Source of the DNA: Candidatus Iainarchaeum sp.
Lineage (GTDB): Archaea; Iainarchaeota; Iainarchaeia; Iainarchaeales; SKW153
Length of the DNA stretch: 64,000 nt
Assembly (NCBI GenBank): GCA_026414365.1
Contig: JAOAJD010000001.1
Coordinates: forward strand, 167,687 to 231,686
Direction of reading: 5' to 3'
The notes beneath the pieces are model-generated. The model had not been told where the DNA came from, searched no databases, and saw only the letters and a list, made by a program, of their open reading frames with translations. Positions 41,289 to 50,461 of the stretch are shown here, piece by piece. Numbering within the stretch: the first letter of the stretch is position 1; every line of letters starts with the position of its first letter. The position numbers were made by a program, and so were the translations under genes.

Positions 41289-41746
41289 AAATACCAAAGA
41301 AAAATAGGAATAAAATCAAAGCAGAGAGAGCAATAATGAGAGAATTGGCAAGAACAGGAATACTTAACAAATATGAGATAATGAAAAGAAAGAATGACTT
41401 CATTAACTATGGTAATGTGAGTATTAAATTAATTAAAAAGGCATATAGACCATCATCTAGAGAAATAAAACCTGAAAATTGTACTGAAAAAGAATTTTTT
41501 GAAAAGCTTGAGTCCATAAAAGAAAAAAATGAAAAACTTTACAATAAATACATAGGTCTTCTAACAGAAAGAGCTCATGATAGAAAAACATTCGAGACCT
41601 ATCACATATATTTGCCAAGAGGTGTTAAAAAGAAAGATAAAAGAAAAGAACATGATATTTATCTGGCTTTAAGAAGAGGTTACAAAGGGAAAATGCCAAC
41701 AAATACTAATACAGAGGGTGATAAAGATGGCAGCAAAAAAGATTAA
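41285..41746 (+). CDS. small basic protein, first gene of the pheS-pheT island (translationally coupled to pheS via ATGA)
   Basis: 153 aa, K/R-rich; weak resemblance to family B (KEKN... region); no known motif. Confidence 0.4.
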   Translation: MKIPKKNRNKIKAERAIMRELARTGILNKYEIMKRKNDFINYGNVSIKLIKKAYRPSSREIKPENCTEKEFFEKLESIKEKNEKLYNKYIGLLTERAHDRKTFETYHIYLPRGVKKKDKRKEHDIYLALRRGYKGKMPTNTNTEGDKDGSKKD

Positions 41747-41927
41747 TAAAAAAATGAATAAGTTGATAAAGGTAACTGCTAGAGAATTGGCTAGGATGCC
41801 ACATGTAGGAGCTAGATCAACATATTATCAAGCAAAAGCAATAGCAGAAAGTGGAAAACCTCTAGGGGACCGAGAAAAAAGAGCACTAAGACAAAAAAAA
41901 GGGTTTATAGACATAACAGAAATCTAG
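41718..41927 (+). CDS. small basic protein, family A (short form, divergent member); RHH-like pattern
   Basis: MIKMAAKK...KVTARELARMP...ARSTYYQAKAIAE parallels MIKMSAKK...RTVSKEF... of 43757. Confidence 0.4.
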   Translation: MIKMAAKKINKKMNKLIKVTARELARMPHVGARSTYYQAKAIAESGKPLGDREKRALRQKKGFIDITEI

Positions 41928-42106
41928 ATATATATAGTTAAAAGTTTTTTAATGTTGGAATAACGCGAGAATTGAAAAAACAAACAGAATTTATAAATAA
42001 ACAATAGAATGTTCTAAACAAAGAGACATGAAAACAACCTTTTTTAATAAAACGTAATAATTGATATATTAAAATACAAAAAAATAAAAAAAAAGGAGGA
42101 ATTGAA

Positions 42107-42337
42107 ATGCCAACAAAAAAAACACCACCAGCAAAAAGGACTGTGAGCAAAGAGTTTATGAAGATAGCTAAAGAATATGGGAGGATCCCTTCAGTCCAAA
42201 AAATGCCACCGAGTGCTAGACGCATTGTTAGTGGAGACATAAAATATATGTTAATTACAAAACGAGAATTAGCCCCTGAAGAGAAAAGATTAATTAGAAA
42301 ATTGAGGAGTCAATCAGAGGGAAATAAATCAAAATAA
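42107..42337 (+). CDS. small basic protein, family A (short form); RHH-like pattern
   Basis: PAKRTVSKEFMKIAKEYGRIP...ARRIVSGDIKYML...ELAPEEKRLIRKL; strong SD (AGGAGG) 8 nt upstream. Confidence 0.5.
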   Translation: MPTKKTPPAKRTVSKEFMKIAKEYGRIPSVQKMPPSARRIVSGDIKYMLITKRELAPEEKRLIRKLRSQSEGNKSK

Positions 42338-42635
42338 ACACTAATCTAACAAAAAACAAAAAATTAGTATTGTGACCTATTTAGTAAAAATTAAAGAGTG
42401 TAAGAGGCAATATGGAAAAGAGTAGAGATGCTCTGAAGGTTATGGCTTTTATTTAAATAAACAAAAAATACAGAGATTAAAATTAATAATTTTAGCAACA
42501 AGAGGATAAGTAGAATGTTATATAAAAGATTGAAATGACATTGAATAAGAAAATAATAAAAATGAAATCTGTTTTAAATAAGAATAGCAGAATTATTATA
42601 TAATGATTAAGAATATAATTAGTATATAACGATTA

Positions 42636-43106
42636 ATGATATACAAATTTAATGTTTTAAAGGGGATGTGTTTGGGTGTTAAAAAAACGCCAAAATCAGT
42701 TAGAAAAGAAAGCTTGTTAGTAAGAAGGAATTTGAGGGAGCTAACAAGAAATCCAGAGTATACTAAAGAAGAGATAAAAAAAATGTTGGAAATGCTAAAA
42801 GAAAAGAATAGAGAATTACCAAAAGTGATGAAACAGAACTTACGTAAAAAATATAGAGAATCTCTACAAAAGTCAGCTGACGATAAAAGGCTTTTCGATA
42901 GATATATGGAAAAAATGGCAAAATATAATTATAAAAATCCGAGATTAAGAAAGGCTTTTCTAAATATGATGAACAGGAGAAAACTTGAAAACAAAATAAA
43001 TCAAATCAGGGATTCTAATATTAAGAGAGAAGAGAAAATAGAACAAGAAAAACTCTATAGGAAATTAAAGGATTTTAGTCATGTTGATAATTTTGATTTT
43101 GAATAA
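42636..43106 (+). CDS. small basic protein, family B (probable true start ATG 42666)
   Basis: KTPKSVRKESLLVRRN ... MEKMAKYNYKNPRLRKAF shared with 44180 (51-nt identical DNA segment). Confidence 0.5.
   Translation: MIYKFNVLKGMCLGVKKTPKSVRKESLLVRRNLRELTRNPEYTKEEIKKMLEMLKEKNRELPKVMKQNLRKKYRESLQKSADDKRLFDRYMEKMAKYNYKNPRLRKAFLNMMNRRKLENKINQIRDSNIKREEKIEQEKLYRKLKDFSHVDNFDFE
42909..42959 (+). repeat. 51-nt perfect direct repeat (copy 1) inside family-B genes
   Basis: gaaaaaatggcaaaatataattataaaaatccgagattaagaaaggctttt identical at 42909-42959 and 44415-44465. Confidence 0.8.
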
Positions 43107-43113
43107 GAGATGA

Positions 43114-43182
43114 TAAAATGTCTGCAAAAAAACCTATTAAGAAAATGCAACCTGCTAAAAGGACTGTGAGTAAAGAGTTTAT
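43114..43182 (+). repeat. 69-nt perfect direct repeat (copy 1) spanning RBS and 5' end of family-A genes
   Basis: taaaatgtctgcaaaaaaacctattaagaaaatgcaacctgctaaaaggactgtgagtaaagagtttat identical at 43114-43182 and 43762-43830. Confidence 0.8.
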
Positions 43183-43609
43183 GAAGATAGCTAGAGAATA
43201 TGGGACAATTCCTATAGAGCGCAGATCACAGATTATCAAAAAAATTAGAGAGATGGCGAAAGAAGGTAGAGAATTATCTAGTGAACAAAAAGCAGAGCTA
43301 AGGGAAGAAAGACGAAGTATAGATCCTGTAAGTGCATCTTTTCCAATTAAAGTTATGCCAAGAGTGATAAAAATCATACAAAAAGATGTTAGTGCTGCGA
43401 CACAAATGGATGAAATGCTGCTAAACAGAATTAAGAATACTAAAGAATACTTTGAAAGATATAGGTATCAGAAGAGAGGCGAAAATAAAAGTCAGATACG
43501 GAAAAGGGAAGATAAAAAGAGAAAAGAAAAAAGATTTGAAGATTTTTTGAAATTAGCTATAAAAAGACAAAAAAAGACCTTGATTAATAAGTTTGCAGGT
43601 ACGAATTAA
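43118..43609 (+). CDS. small basic protein, family A (long form with C-terminal extension)
   Basis: N-terminal 21 aa identical to 43757 product (69-nt perfect DNA repeat); C-half MLLNRIKNTKEYFERY... shared with 44628. Confidence 0.5.
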   Translation: MSAKKPIKKMQPAKRTVSKEFMKIAREYGTIPIERRSQIIKKIREMAKEGRELSSEQKAELREERRSIDPVSASFPIKVMPRVIKIIQKDVSAATQMDEMLLNRIKNTKEYFERYRYQKRGENKSQIRKREDKKRKEKRFEDFLKLAIKRQKKTLINKFAGTN

Positions 43610-43756
43610 ATAATGTTTTTGTAAAGACTGGGGGATAAAAGAGAATAAAATATAGAAATAGTTTATTTGCTAAAGTATTGTCAGATAATAAAGGATAATG
43701 CTTTTTATAATGCTTACTTAAGAATAATAAAGGGACATATTTGAACATTTAAGAAG

Positions 43757-43984
43757 ATGATTAAAATGTCTGCAAAAAAACCTATTAAGAAAATGCAACC
43801 TGCTAAAAGGACTGTGAGTAAAGAGTTTATAAGAACGGCCAAAGAAATTGCAAGACTGCCAGAGATTAAAGGATCAAGTTTATCTTCTAGGAAAGCTTTA
43901 ACTGATAGTATAAAAAATATGTTGGCACAGAGAGGAGAATTGACTCCTGAGGAAAAAAGATTATTAAGAAAATTAAACCACTAA
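43757..43984 (+). CDS. small basic protein, family A (short form)
   Basis: MIKMSAKKPIKKMQPAKRTVSKEF...ELTPEEKRLLRKL, paralog of 42107. Confidence 0.5.
   Translation: MIKMSAKKPIKKMQPAKRTVSKEFIRTAKEIARLPEIKGSSLSSRKALTDSIKNMLAQRGELTPEEKRLLRKLNH
43762..43830 (+). repeat. 69-nt perfect direct repeat (copy 2)
   Basis: Identical to 43114-43182. Confidence 0.8.
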
Positions 43985-44179
43985 TAAATAGAGTCTTAAC
44001 TAAGCATGGTTTACAAAAAGTGACCAAATTTAAATAGGGATTTATACAAAATATATGCAGCACAAAAAAATGTCTTAACTGTTTAATAAACATATTATTA
44101 TAAGCTAAAGTACATTATAAGAAAGATTAAATAGAACAAAAAAGTTAGATATTTAGATTTGAAAGGGTGAAGATATAGA

Positions 44180-44593
44180 ATGGTTTGGAAAACGCCAAAA
44201 TCAGCTAGAAAGGAAAGTCTGTTAGTCAGAAAAAACATAGGAGAATTATCAAGAAATCCAACATTTACTAAAAAAAATTTAGAAAACTTGTACAAAATTA
44301 TCAGAGACACTGGAATAGAATTATTATCAGATAAAGGTAAGAAAGCTTTGAGGAGAGAATCTAAGAAAGCGATATCACTCCAAAACGAAGAGAGCGTACT
44401 TATTGATAGATTTTTTGAAAAAATGGCAAAATATAATTATAAAAATCCGAGATTAAGAAAGGCTTTTATTAAAATGATGCTTAGGAGAGAGATCGAAAAT
44501 GAAATAAATAAGTGTAGACAATCAAATATTAAAAAGGAAGAGAAGAGGAAGAGAGAAGAAGAACTTAGGAAGTTGAAAGAAAGCATTGTATAA
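44180..44593 (+). CDS. small basic protein, family B
   Basis: MVWKTPKSARKESLLVRKN...MAKYNYKNPRLRKAF...; paralog of 42636. Confidence 0.5.
   Translation: MVWKTPKSARKESLLVRKNIGELSRNPTFTKKNLENLYKIIRDTGIELLSDKGKKALRRESKKAISLQNEESVLIDRFFEKMAKYNYKNPRLRKAFIKMMLRREIENEINKCRQSNIKKEEKRKREEELRKLKESIV
44415..44465 (+). repeat. 51-nt perfect direct repeat (copy 2) inside family-B genes
   Basis: Identical to 42909-42959. Confidence 0.8.
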
Positions 44594-44627
44594 ACAATGA
44601 AAATAAAGAAAATATCATAAAAGAGGG

Positions 44628-45116
44628 GTGGTAAAAATGTTGAAAAAAAGGATGGAACCAGCACAGAGGACTGTAAGTAAGGAATTTATGAGAATAGCTA
44701 AAGAAACTGGCAGAATTCCTATGGAATATAGACCACAAATAATTAAAAAAATCAAAGAGATGGCAGAAAGGAAAGAAAATTTAACTGTTGGACAAAAAAA
44801 ATTTCTTAGAAAAATGGGTCGCCAGTTATCTTTAAGTGCATACATTTCCCCTGCTGTTATGCCAAAAGTAGAAAAAATTTTAAGTAGAGGTGATAAAAAT
44901 TCAGCAAAGTTGGCAGCAATGTTACTTACTAGGATTAAAAATGCTCGAGAATATTTTGAAAGATATAACTTTTCAGGAAGGGGTGTAACTAAAGCGCAAA
45001 TAAGAAAAATGGAAGACGAAGAGAGAAAAATGGAAAGATTTTTAGATTTCTTAGAGTTAACTGAGAAAAAACAAGGAAAGAACATAATAAAAGGAGGATT
45101 CACAAGTAAAAATTAA
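44628..45116 (+). CDS. small basic protein, family A (long form)
   Basis: PAQRTVSKEFMRIAKETGRIP...MLLTRIKNAREYFERYNF...; paralog of 43118. Confidence 0.5.
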   Translation: MVKMLKKRMEPAQRTVSKEFMRIAKETGRIPMEYRPQIIKKIKEMAERKENLTVGQKKFLRKMGRQLSLSAYISPAVMPKVEKILSRGDKNSAKLAAMLLTRIKNAREYFERYNFSGRGVTKAQIRKMEDEERKMERFLDFLELTEKKQGKNIIKGGFTSKN

Positions 45117-45314
45117 CTATTTTTCTAATGAAGTACCTAAGAAAAAGTTTATTTATGGGAATATGGAAAAAAATAATTTTGGAAAAATTCAAAAAATATA
45201 ATATAAATAATTATAAGATATGGTAACATGACTTTTCTGAGTAGAGGTTAAAAAGATAATTAGATTATCTTCTTTAAAGAAACCTACCTTAAATAAGGAA
45301 TGAGAGGAAGCCAA

Positions 45315-46973
45315 ATGCCAAAACTGGAAATAAGTAAAAAAGATTTAGAAATACTTGTAGGGAAAAAATTTAAGGATATGGAAGAATTAGAAGAAGTTCT
45401 CATGTATGCCAAAGTAGAACTAGACGGCCAGGAGAATGACAAACTATTTTTAGATGCAAAAGACACAAACAGACCTGATCTTTGGAGCGCGGAGGGTATT
45501 GCAAGACAATTAAAAGCCTCTTTGGGCTTAAAAAAAGGTTTACCAAAATATGATGTCAGAAAATCAAATCTAAAAGTTAAAATAGAGGCTAGTGTTAAAG
45601 ATGTTAGACCATTAACATATTGTGCAATAATAAAAGATGTCAAAATTACTGAAGAATCTCTAATACAAATGATTCAATTGCAAGAAAAAGTTGCAATGAC
45701 TTTTGGTAGAAAAAGAAAAGAAGCGGCGATAGGTATTTATGATTATGATAAAATAAAAGGAAACATAAGATTTTATGGTGCTGATCCAAAAACAAAAAAA
45801 TTTGTTCCTCTAGAATTTAAAGAGGAACTTACTTTAGAAGAAATTTTAGAGCTGCATCCAAAAGGCATAGAATATGGGCATTTGCTTAAAGGTAAAGAAG
45901 TTTATCCAATATTTGAGGACTCCGAAGGCAATGTACTTTCAATGCCACCAATAATTAACTCTAATTATAGCGGCAAAGTTACAGAGGAAACTAAAAATCT
46001 TTTTATAGAAGTTAGTGGATTCAAAGAAGAGACTATCTCAACTGCTTTAAATGTCTTAGTAACTGCATTTGCAGATAGAGGTGGCAAAATATTCTCGGTG
46101 AAGGTTATTGATTCAAACGGAAAAGAAAGATGGACTCCAGATTTAAGACCTAAAAAAATTGAGATTGAGATAGATGATATAAAAAAACTTAGTGGGTTAA
46201 ATCTAAAAAATAAAGAAATCTTAGAATTGTTAAAGAAAATGTGTTATGATGTAAATATAAAGGGAAACAAGATTTTCTGCGAATACCCTGCATACAGAAA
46301 TGATATATTACATCATGTTGATGTAATTGAAGATGTGATAATTGCGTACGGTTACAATAAAATAGAGCCTGAAAAATTAAACATTCCAATAATTGGCTAC
46401 GAAAAAGAAGAAACTAGATATATTGATACTGTAAGAGAAGTTTGCATAGGATTGAAACTACAAGAAGTTCTAACATTTACATTGACGTCAAAAGCGAAGC
46501 AGAGTGATTTAGTATATGAAAACAAAGAAGACTTGGTTGAGATACTAAATCCAATCTCAGAAAATTGGTCTGTCTTCAGGAAAAACATATTTCCGGAGCT
46601 TTTAGAATTTTTAGAAAAAAATAAAAATGCTGAATACCCACAAAATATTTTTGAGATAGGAAAAACTATAAAATTGGATGAGGAGTCAGAAACCGGCGTG
46701 TGTGAAAAAGATAAGCTCTGCATAGTTCTAACAGGTAGAGATTATAACTATACAAAGATAAAATCTTTCTTTGATGCAATAAACGAAAATTTAGACTTAA
46801 ATCTTAATATAAGCGAAGGCGAAATAAAATTTTTAGAAAGTGGAAAGAGCGCTTATATAATGAAAGGAGATAAAAAGATTGGTTTTATTGGAGAATTAAA
46901 CAAGAACGTATTAAAAAAATTTAAATTAAAGTTTCCTGTAGTTTTATTAGAATTCGAGTTGGTTGTTAAATAA
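45315..46973 (+). CDS. pheT: phenylalanine--tRNA ligase beta subunit
   Basis: Archaeal PheT architecture (B3/4-like, B5, catalytic-like domain), ~552 aa; start chosen at MPKLEISKKDL (ORF track begins 15 nt earlier). Confidence 0.85.
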   Translation: MPKLEISKKDLEILVGKKFKDMEELEEVLMYAKVELDGQENDKLFLDAKDTNRPDLWSAEGIARQLKASLGLKKGLPKYDVRKSNLKVKIEASVKDVRPLTYCAIIKDVKITEESLIQMIQLQEKVAMTFGRKRKEAAIGIYDYDKIKGNIRFYGADPKTKKFVPLEFKEELTLEEILELHPKGIEYGHLLKGKEVYPIFEDSEGNVLSMPPIINSNYSGKVTEETKNLFIEVSGFKEETISTALNVLVTAFADRGGKIFSVKVIDSNGKERWTPDLRPKKIEIEIDDIKKLSGLNLKNKEILELLKKMCYDVNIKGNKIFCEYPAYRNDILHHVDVIEDVIIAYGYNKIEPEKLNIPIIGYEKEETRYIDTVREVCIGLKLQEVLTFTLTSKAKQSDLVYENKEDLVEILNPISENWSVFRKNIFPELLEFLEKNKNAEYPQNIFEIGKTIKLDEESETGVCEKDKLCIVLTGRDYNYTKIKSFFDAINENLDLNLNISEGEIKFLESGKSAYIMKGDKKIGFIGELNKNVLKKFKLKFPVVLLEFELVVK

Positions 46974-48293
46974 TTTTGTTTGTAATTCTCGTTTGTTTTC
47001 AGACTCTTCTCTAATTTTTCTTTTAGCATGTGACTTTTCTCCATTTTTTTCGCGACCCTCTAAAACCTTCATTAAATCTGTAGGTATTTTTTCATCCCCC
47101 AAAAGAAAAGATATCTCCTTTTCTTCGAAACCAAATAACTTTGTGAAAGCTATTGCATAGTTTTCATTTTGGAAAAGCTGCTTCAAATAAGGGATATCTT
47201 GCGCAATAATCTCTCTTTTGGAACTGTGTGTTTTAGCTTTTATCTTCTCGGCTATAGAGTTTAAAATCTCTTTTTTAGCTGAAATTCTGGATAAATATAA
47301 AAGTATCTTTGGAAACTGATAAGGAACAAAGTCTGATTTTTGTTTTGTCCTGGACAGTGCTACTCCTGCACTAAGGAAATCATAATAAAATTTTTTGAGC
47401 GAATAATTTTGTCTTCTAATAATTCTAGTTTCATATAAACTTGCTTTACTAACATAATCGAAGGCATTAAAAATATCTGACCCATCGTATTGTCTCGGAA
47501 TGTTCTCTTCTATCCAAAGAAAAAGAAGATCTTCACTAACATCTGAAAAATTTATTGCAGATCTGGCTTCTTCAAAGTTTTTAGCTCTAAAGATGTGTTT
47601 CATTACTTCAAATATTTTTTCATACCTGTCTCTAGTGTAAACTTCACTAATTCTTTGCATATCTATTTTTTTACCATAAGACAAACTTTGGAGATCTAAT
47701 AAAGCCGACCTTACATCACCATAAGACTTTGATGCTAACTCTTTCAATGCTTCTTTATCATATTCTATATTCTCTTTTCTACAAATATTTTCTAAATGAT
47801 TGGCTATAGAGATATAGTTAACTTTTCTAAACTCTAAAATTTTACATTCTAATCTAATTTGGTTTAACTTTCTGTCAGAGTATACATCATTAGCTGTTAA
47901 TATTATAGGATTTCTTGCCTCTCTAATTAATGTTAATATTGCTGAAGAGGCTCCCCTATCATTTGCACTTAAGCCATCAATTTCATCTAATAATATTAAT
48001 CTTAAATTACCAGAAAAAGAAGTGTTAAAAGCTGCGGCACCTGCTATTCTTTCTATTGACTCTTTGTCCCTTAAATCAGAAGCATTCATTTCAAAAATGT
48101 CCCAATTATTCAACTTCGCAACTAAATGTGCCAAACATGTTTTACCAACCCCAGAAGGACCAACAAAAAGCAAAGGTATTTGCTTTTTACCATCATTCCA
48201 AAGTTTTGCCCACTTTAAAACTGATTCTACAATTTCTTGATTTCCTATAAACTCCCTTTCATTTTTAGGAAAGTATTTTTCAGTAAACAGCAT
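46947..48293 (-). CDS. rfcL: replication factor C large subunit
   Basis: AAA+ Walker A GPSGVGKTCLAH, DEID Walker B, sensor regions, K/E-rich C-terminal tail typical of archaeal RfcL. Confidence 0.8.
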   Translation of the reverse strand: MLFTEKYFPKNEREFIGNQEIVESVLKWAKLWNDGKKQIPLLFVGPSGVGKTCLAHLVAKLNNWDIFEMNASDLRDKESIERIAGAAAFNTSFSGNLRLILLDEIDGLSANDRGASSAILTLIREARNPIILTANDVYSDRKLNQIRLECKILEFRKVNYISIANHLENICRKENIEYDKEALKELASKSYGDVRSALLDLQSLSYGKKIDMQRISEVYTRDRYEKIFEVMKHIFRAKNFEEARSAINFSDVSEDLLFLWIEENIPRQYDGSDIFNAFDYVSKASLYETRIIRRQNYSLKKFYYDFLSAGVALSRTKQKSDFVPYQFPKILLYLSRISAKKEILNSIAEKIKAKTHSSKREIIAQDIPYLKQLFQNENYAIAFTKLFGFEEKEISFLLGDEKIPTDLMKVLEGREKNGEKSHAKRKIREESENKRELQTKLFNNQLEF

Positions 48294-48372
48294 AAAAAAG
48301 ACATAACAAAAGTTAATAAAATTAATTTGGTTAGAGTATCAATTTATAACTACTATTTAAAACTAATTTTAT

Positions 48373-49566
48373 ATGTTGATTGGCATCGTAGGAAAACCTA
48401 ATTGTGGAAAAAGTACTTTTTTCGCTGCTTCTACACTTGTGGATGTAGAAATAAGTAACAGGCCTTTTGTAACAATAAAACCAAATCAAGGAATAGCTTA
48501 TGTAACTAGAAAGTGTGTACACGAAGAAAAAGGTGTTCCTTGTAATCCTGTAAATAGCAAATGTGAAAAAGGAATTAGACTAATACCTATAACTCTTTTA
48601 GATGTTGCCGGATTAGTGCCAGATGCTTGGAAAGGTAGAGGTTTAGGTAATCAATTTATGAATGATCTAATGCAAGCCAAAGCATTGATACATGTAGTAG
48701 ATGCTTCTGGTAGTACCGATGCCGAAGGGAATGTAGTAGAAAAAGGAAGTCATGACCCTTGTGAAGACATTAGGTTTTTAGAGAGAGAAATAAACTATTG
48801 GATAAAAGGAATATTGGATGAAAATTGGAACAAAATAAAAAAGACTGCAGAGATAGATAAAAATCCAGCATCAAACATTGCAAAACAACTTAGCGGTTTA
48901 GGTATAAGTGAAGATGACATTAAGAAAGCAATAATAAAACTGAAACTGCCCGACAGATTATCATTATGGGATGATCAGAATATATTAGAATTCTGCAATG
49001 AAGTTAGAAAGATAAGTAAACCTATGTTAATTGCAGCAAATAAGATGGATATTGACAGTTCTTTAGAAAACTATAAAAGAATGTTAAAAGAGTTTCCAGA
49101 ATATCAAATAGTCCCATGTTGTGCAGAGGCAGAATTGGCTTTAAGGAAAGCTGCAAAAAGTGGGTTAATAGAATATATACCCGGCGGAAATAATTTTAAT
49201 TATCTCGGCGAAGTGAATGAAAAACAAAAAAAAGCATTAGATTTTATAAAATCTAATATATTAGAAAAATTCAAAAGCACAGGTGTACAAGAAGCAATAA
49301 ATAAAACAACATTCGACTTACTTAAATTAATAGTTGTCTACCCTGTACAAGACCAAAACAAATGGACTTCTGGCAAAGGCAATATATTGCCCGATGCTTA
49401 TTTGTTAAAAGATGGTTCTACAGCTATAGATTTAGCATATGAAATACATACTGAATTTAAAGATAGATTTTTAGCAGCAATAGACTGTAAAAGTGGCCAG
49501 AAAATAGGGAGAGAACACAAACTAAAAATGGATGATGTAATAAAAATTGTTTTAAGACCAGCATAA
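48373..49566 (+). CDS. Obg-family GTPase (YchF/OLA1-like) with TGS-like C-terminus
   Basis: P-loop GIVGKPNCGKSTFF at extreme N-terminus, DVAGLV (G3), NKMD (G4). Confidence 0.55.
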   Translation: MLIGIVGKPNCGKSTFFAASTLVDVEISNRPFVTIKPNQGIAYVTRKCVHEEKGVPCNPVNSKCEKGIRLIPITLLDVAGLVPDAWKGRGLGNQFMNDLMQAKALIHVVDASGSTDAEGNVVEKGSHDPCEDIRFLEREINYWIKGILDENWNKIKKTAEIDKNPASNIAKQLSGLGISEDDIKKAIIKLKLPDRLSLWDDQNILEFCNEVRKISKPMLIAANKMDIDSSLENYKRMLKEFPEYQIVPCCAEAELALRKAAKSGLIEYIPGGNNFNYLGEVNEKQKKALDFIKSNILEKFKSTGVQEAINKTTFDLLKLIVVYPVQDQNKWTSGKGNILPDAYLLKDGSTAIDLAYEIHTEFKDRFLAAIDCKSGQKIGREHKLKMDDVIKIVLRPA

Positions 49567-49583
49567 TAAGTATAAGATGAAAA

Positions 49584-50429
49584 TTAATCTAAACTTTCCC
49601 AAAACCTCTTCATAACTAGAGCATCGTCTTCTAGATTAGGGCTTTCAGAAATAATTGTGCCTGAAACATTAAAAGATTTAAGAGACCTTAGGATTATCTT
49701 AAAGTCCAAAGTATTATCTTTGTCTTGCAGATTAAGATGATTTCTCTCGCCCTTTTCGCTATAATTTATACCCGACATATGAATATGCAAATCTTTTAGA
49801 AATCTTTTTGGAATTTTTTCTAAAACATTATCTACATCTTTTTGTGTTTTAAACAAACCATTTCCTCTCGCATGTAAATGAGCAAAATCTACTACCGGAA
49901 AAACATTTTTAACTTCTTCAGAAAGAGATAAAATTTCTTCCAAAGTTCCAAAAGCAGAAACTTTACCTGTTGTTTCCAAACCTAATTTTATTTCAATTTT
50001 TTCACTTTTTAGAATATCTGTTAGTTCAACTAAAATAGACTTTATGTTCTCATAAACTTTCTTTTTATCTTCACCTAAATAAAAGCCTGGATGAAAAACT
50101 ACTATCTTTGCACTTGCTAAATGACCAACTCTACAACTTTGTAATATATTGTGCTTACTTAAACCTAATTTTCTTTTATCTTTTGCATTTAGATTTATAT
50201 AATAAGGAGCGTGAACACTTAAAGAAATATTTTTAGAAACTGCCTCTTCTTTGTTTTTTTTAGCTAGTTGCTCACTCATTTTGATTCCATAAACAAACTC
50301 AAGTTCCATAGCATCTAATCCAAGCTTCGAGATTTCTTTTATTCCACTTATAGAATCTTTTTTTTCAGCTGTGTGAGGTATTCCTGCTGTTCCAAACAAC
50401 ATATTTCCACTAAATAGAACTTTGCACAA
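49584..50429 (-). CDS. nfo: endonuclease IV-type AP endonuclease (TIM barrel)
   Basis: VHAPYYINL and VFHPGFY motifs matching EndoIV metal-binding blocks. Confidence 0.7.
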   Translation of the reverse strand: MCKVLFSGNMLFGTAGIPHTAEKKDSISGIKEISKLGLDAMELEFVYGIKMSEQLAKKNKEEAVSKNISLSVHAPYYINLNAKDKRKLGLSKHNILQSCRVGHLASAKIVVFHPGFYLGEDKKKVYENIKSILVELTDILKSEKIEIKLGLETTGKVSAFGTLEEILSLSEEVKNVFPVVDFAHLHARGNGLFKTQKDVDNVLEKIPKRFLKDLHIHMSGINYSEKGERNHLNLQDKDNTLDFKIILRSLKSFNVSGTIISESPNLEDDALVMKRFWESLD

Positions 50430-50461
50430 GGTTATTAAAAAAAATTTACTTTAAATAAATT

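Noticed and set aside
41938-45103. Minus-strand ORFs inside the small-protein island (41938-42240, 43075-43377, 43887-44093, 44098-44310, 44437-44664, 44615-45103)
   Set aside because: They are antisense to lysine-rich genes (AAA/AAG read as TTT/CTT), giving F/L/I-rich low-complexity products. This is the typical shadow-ORF artefact in AT-rich DNA.
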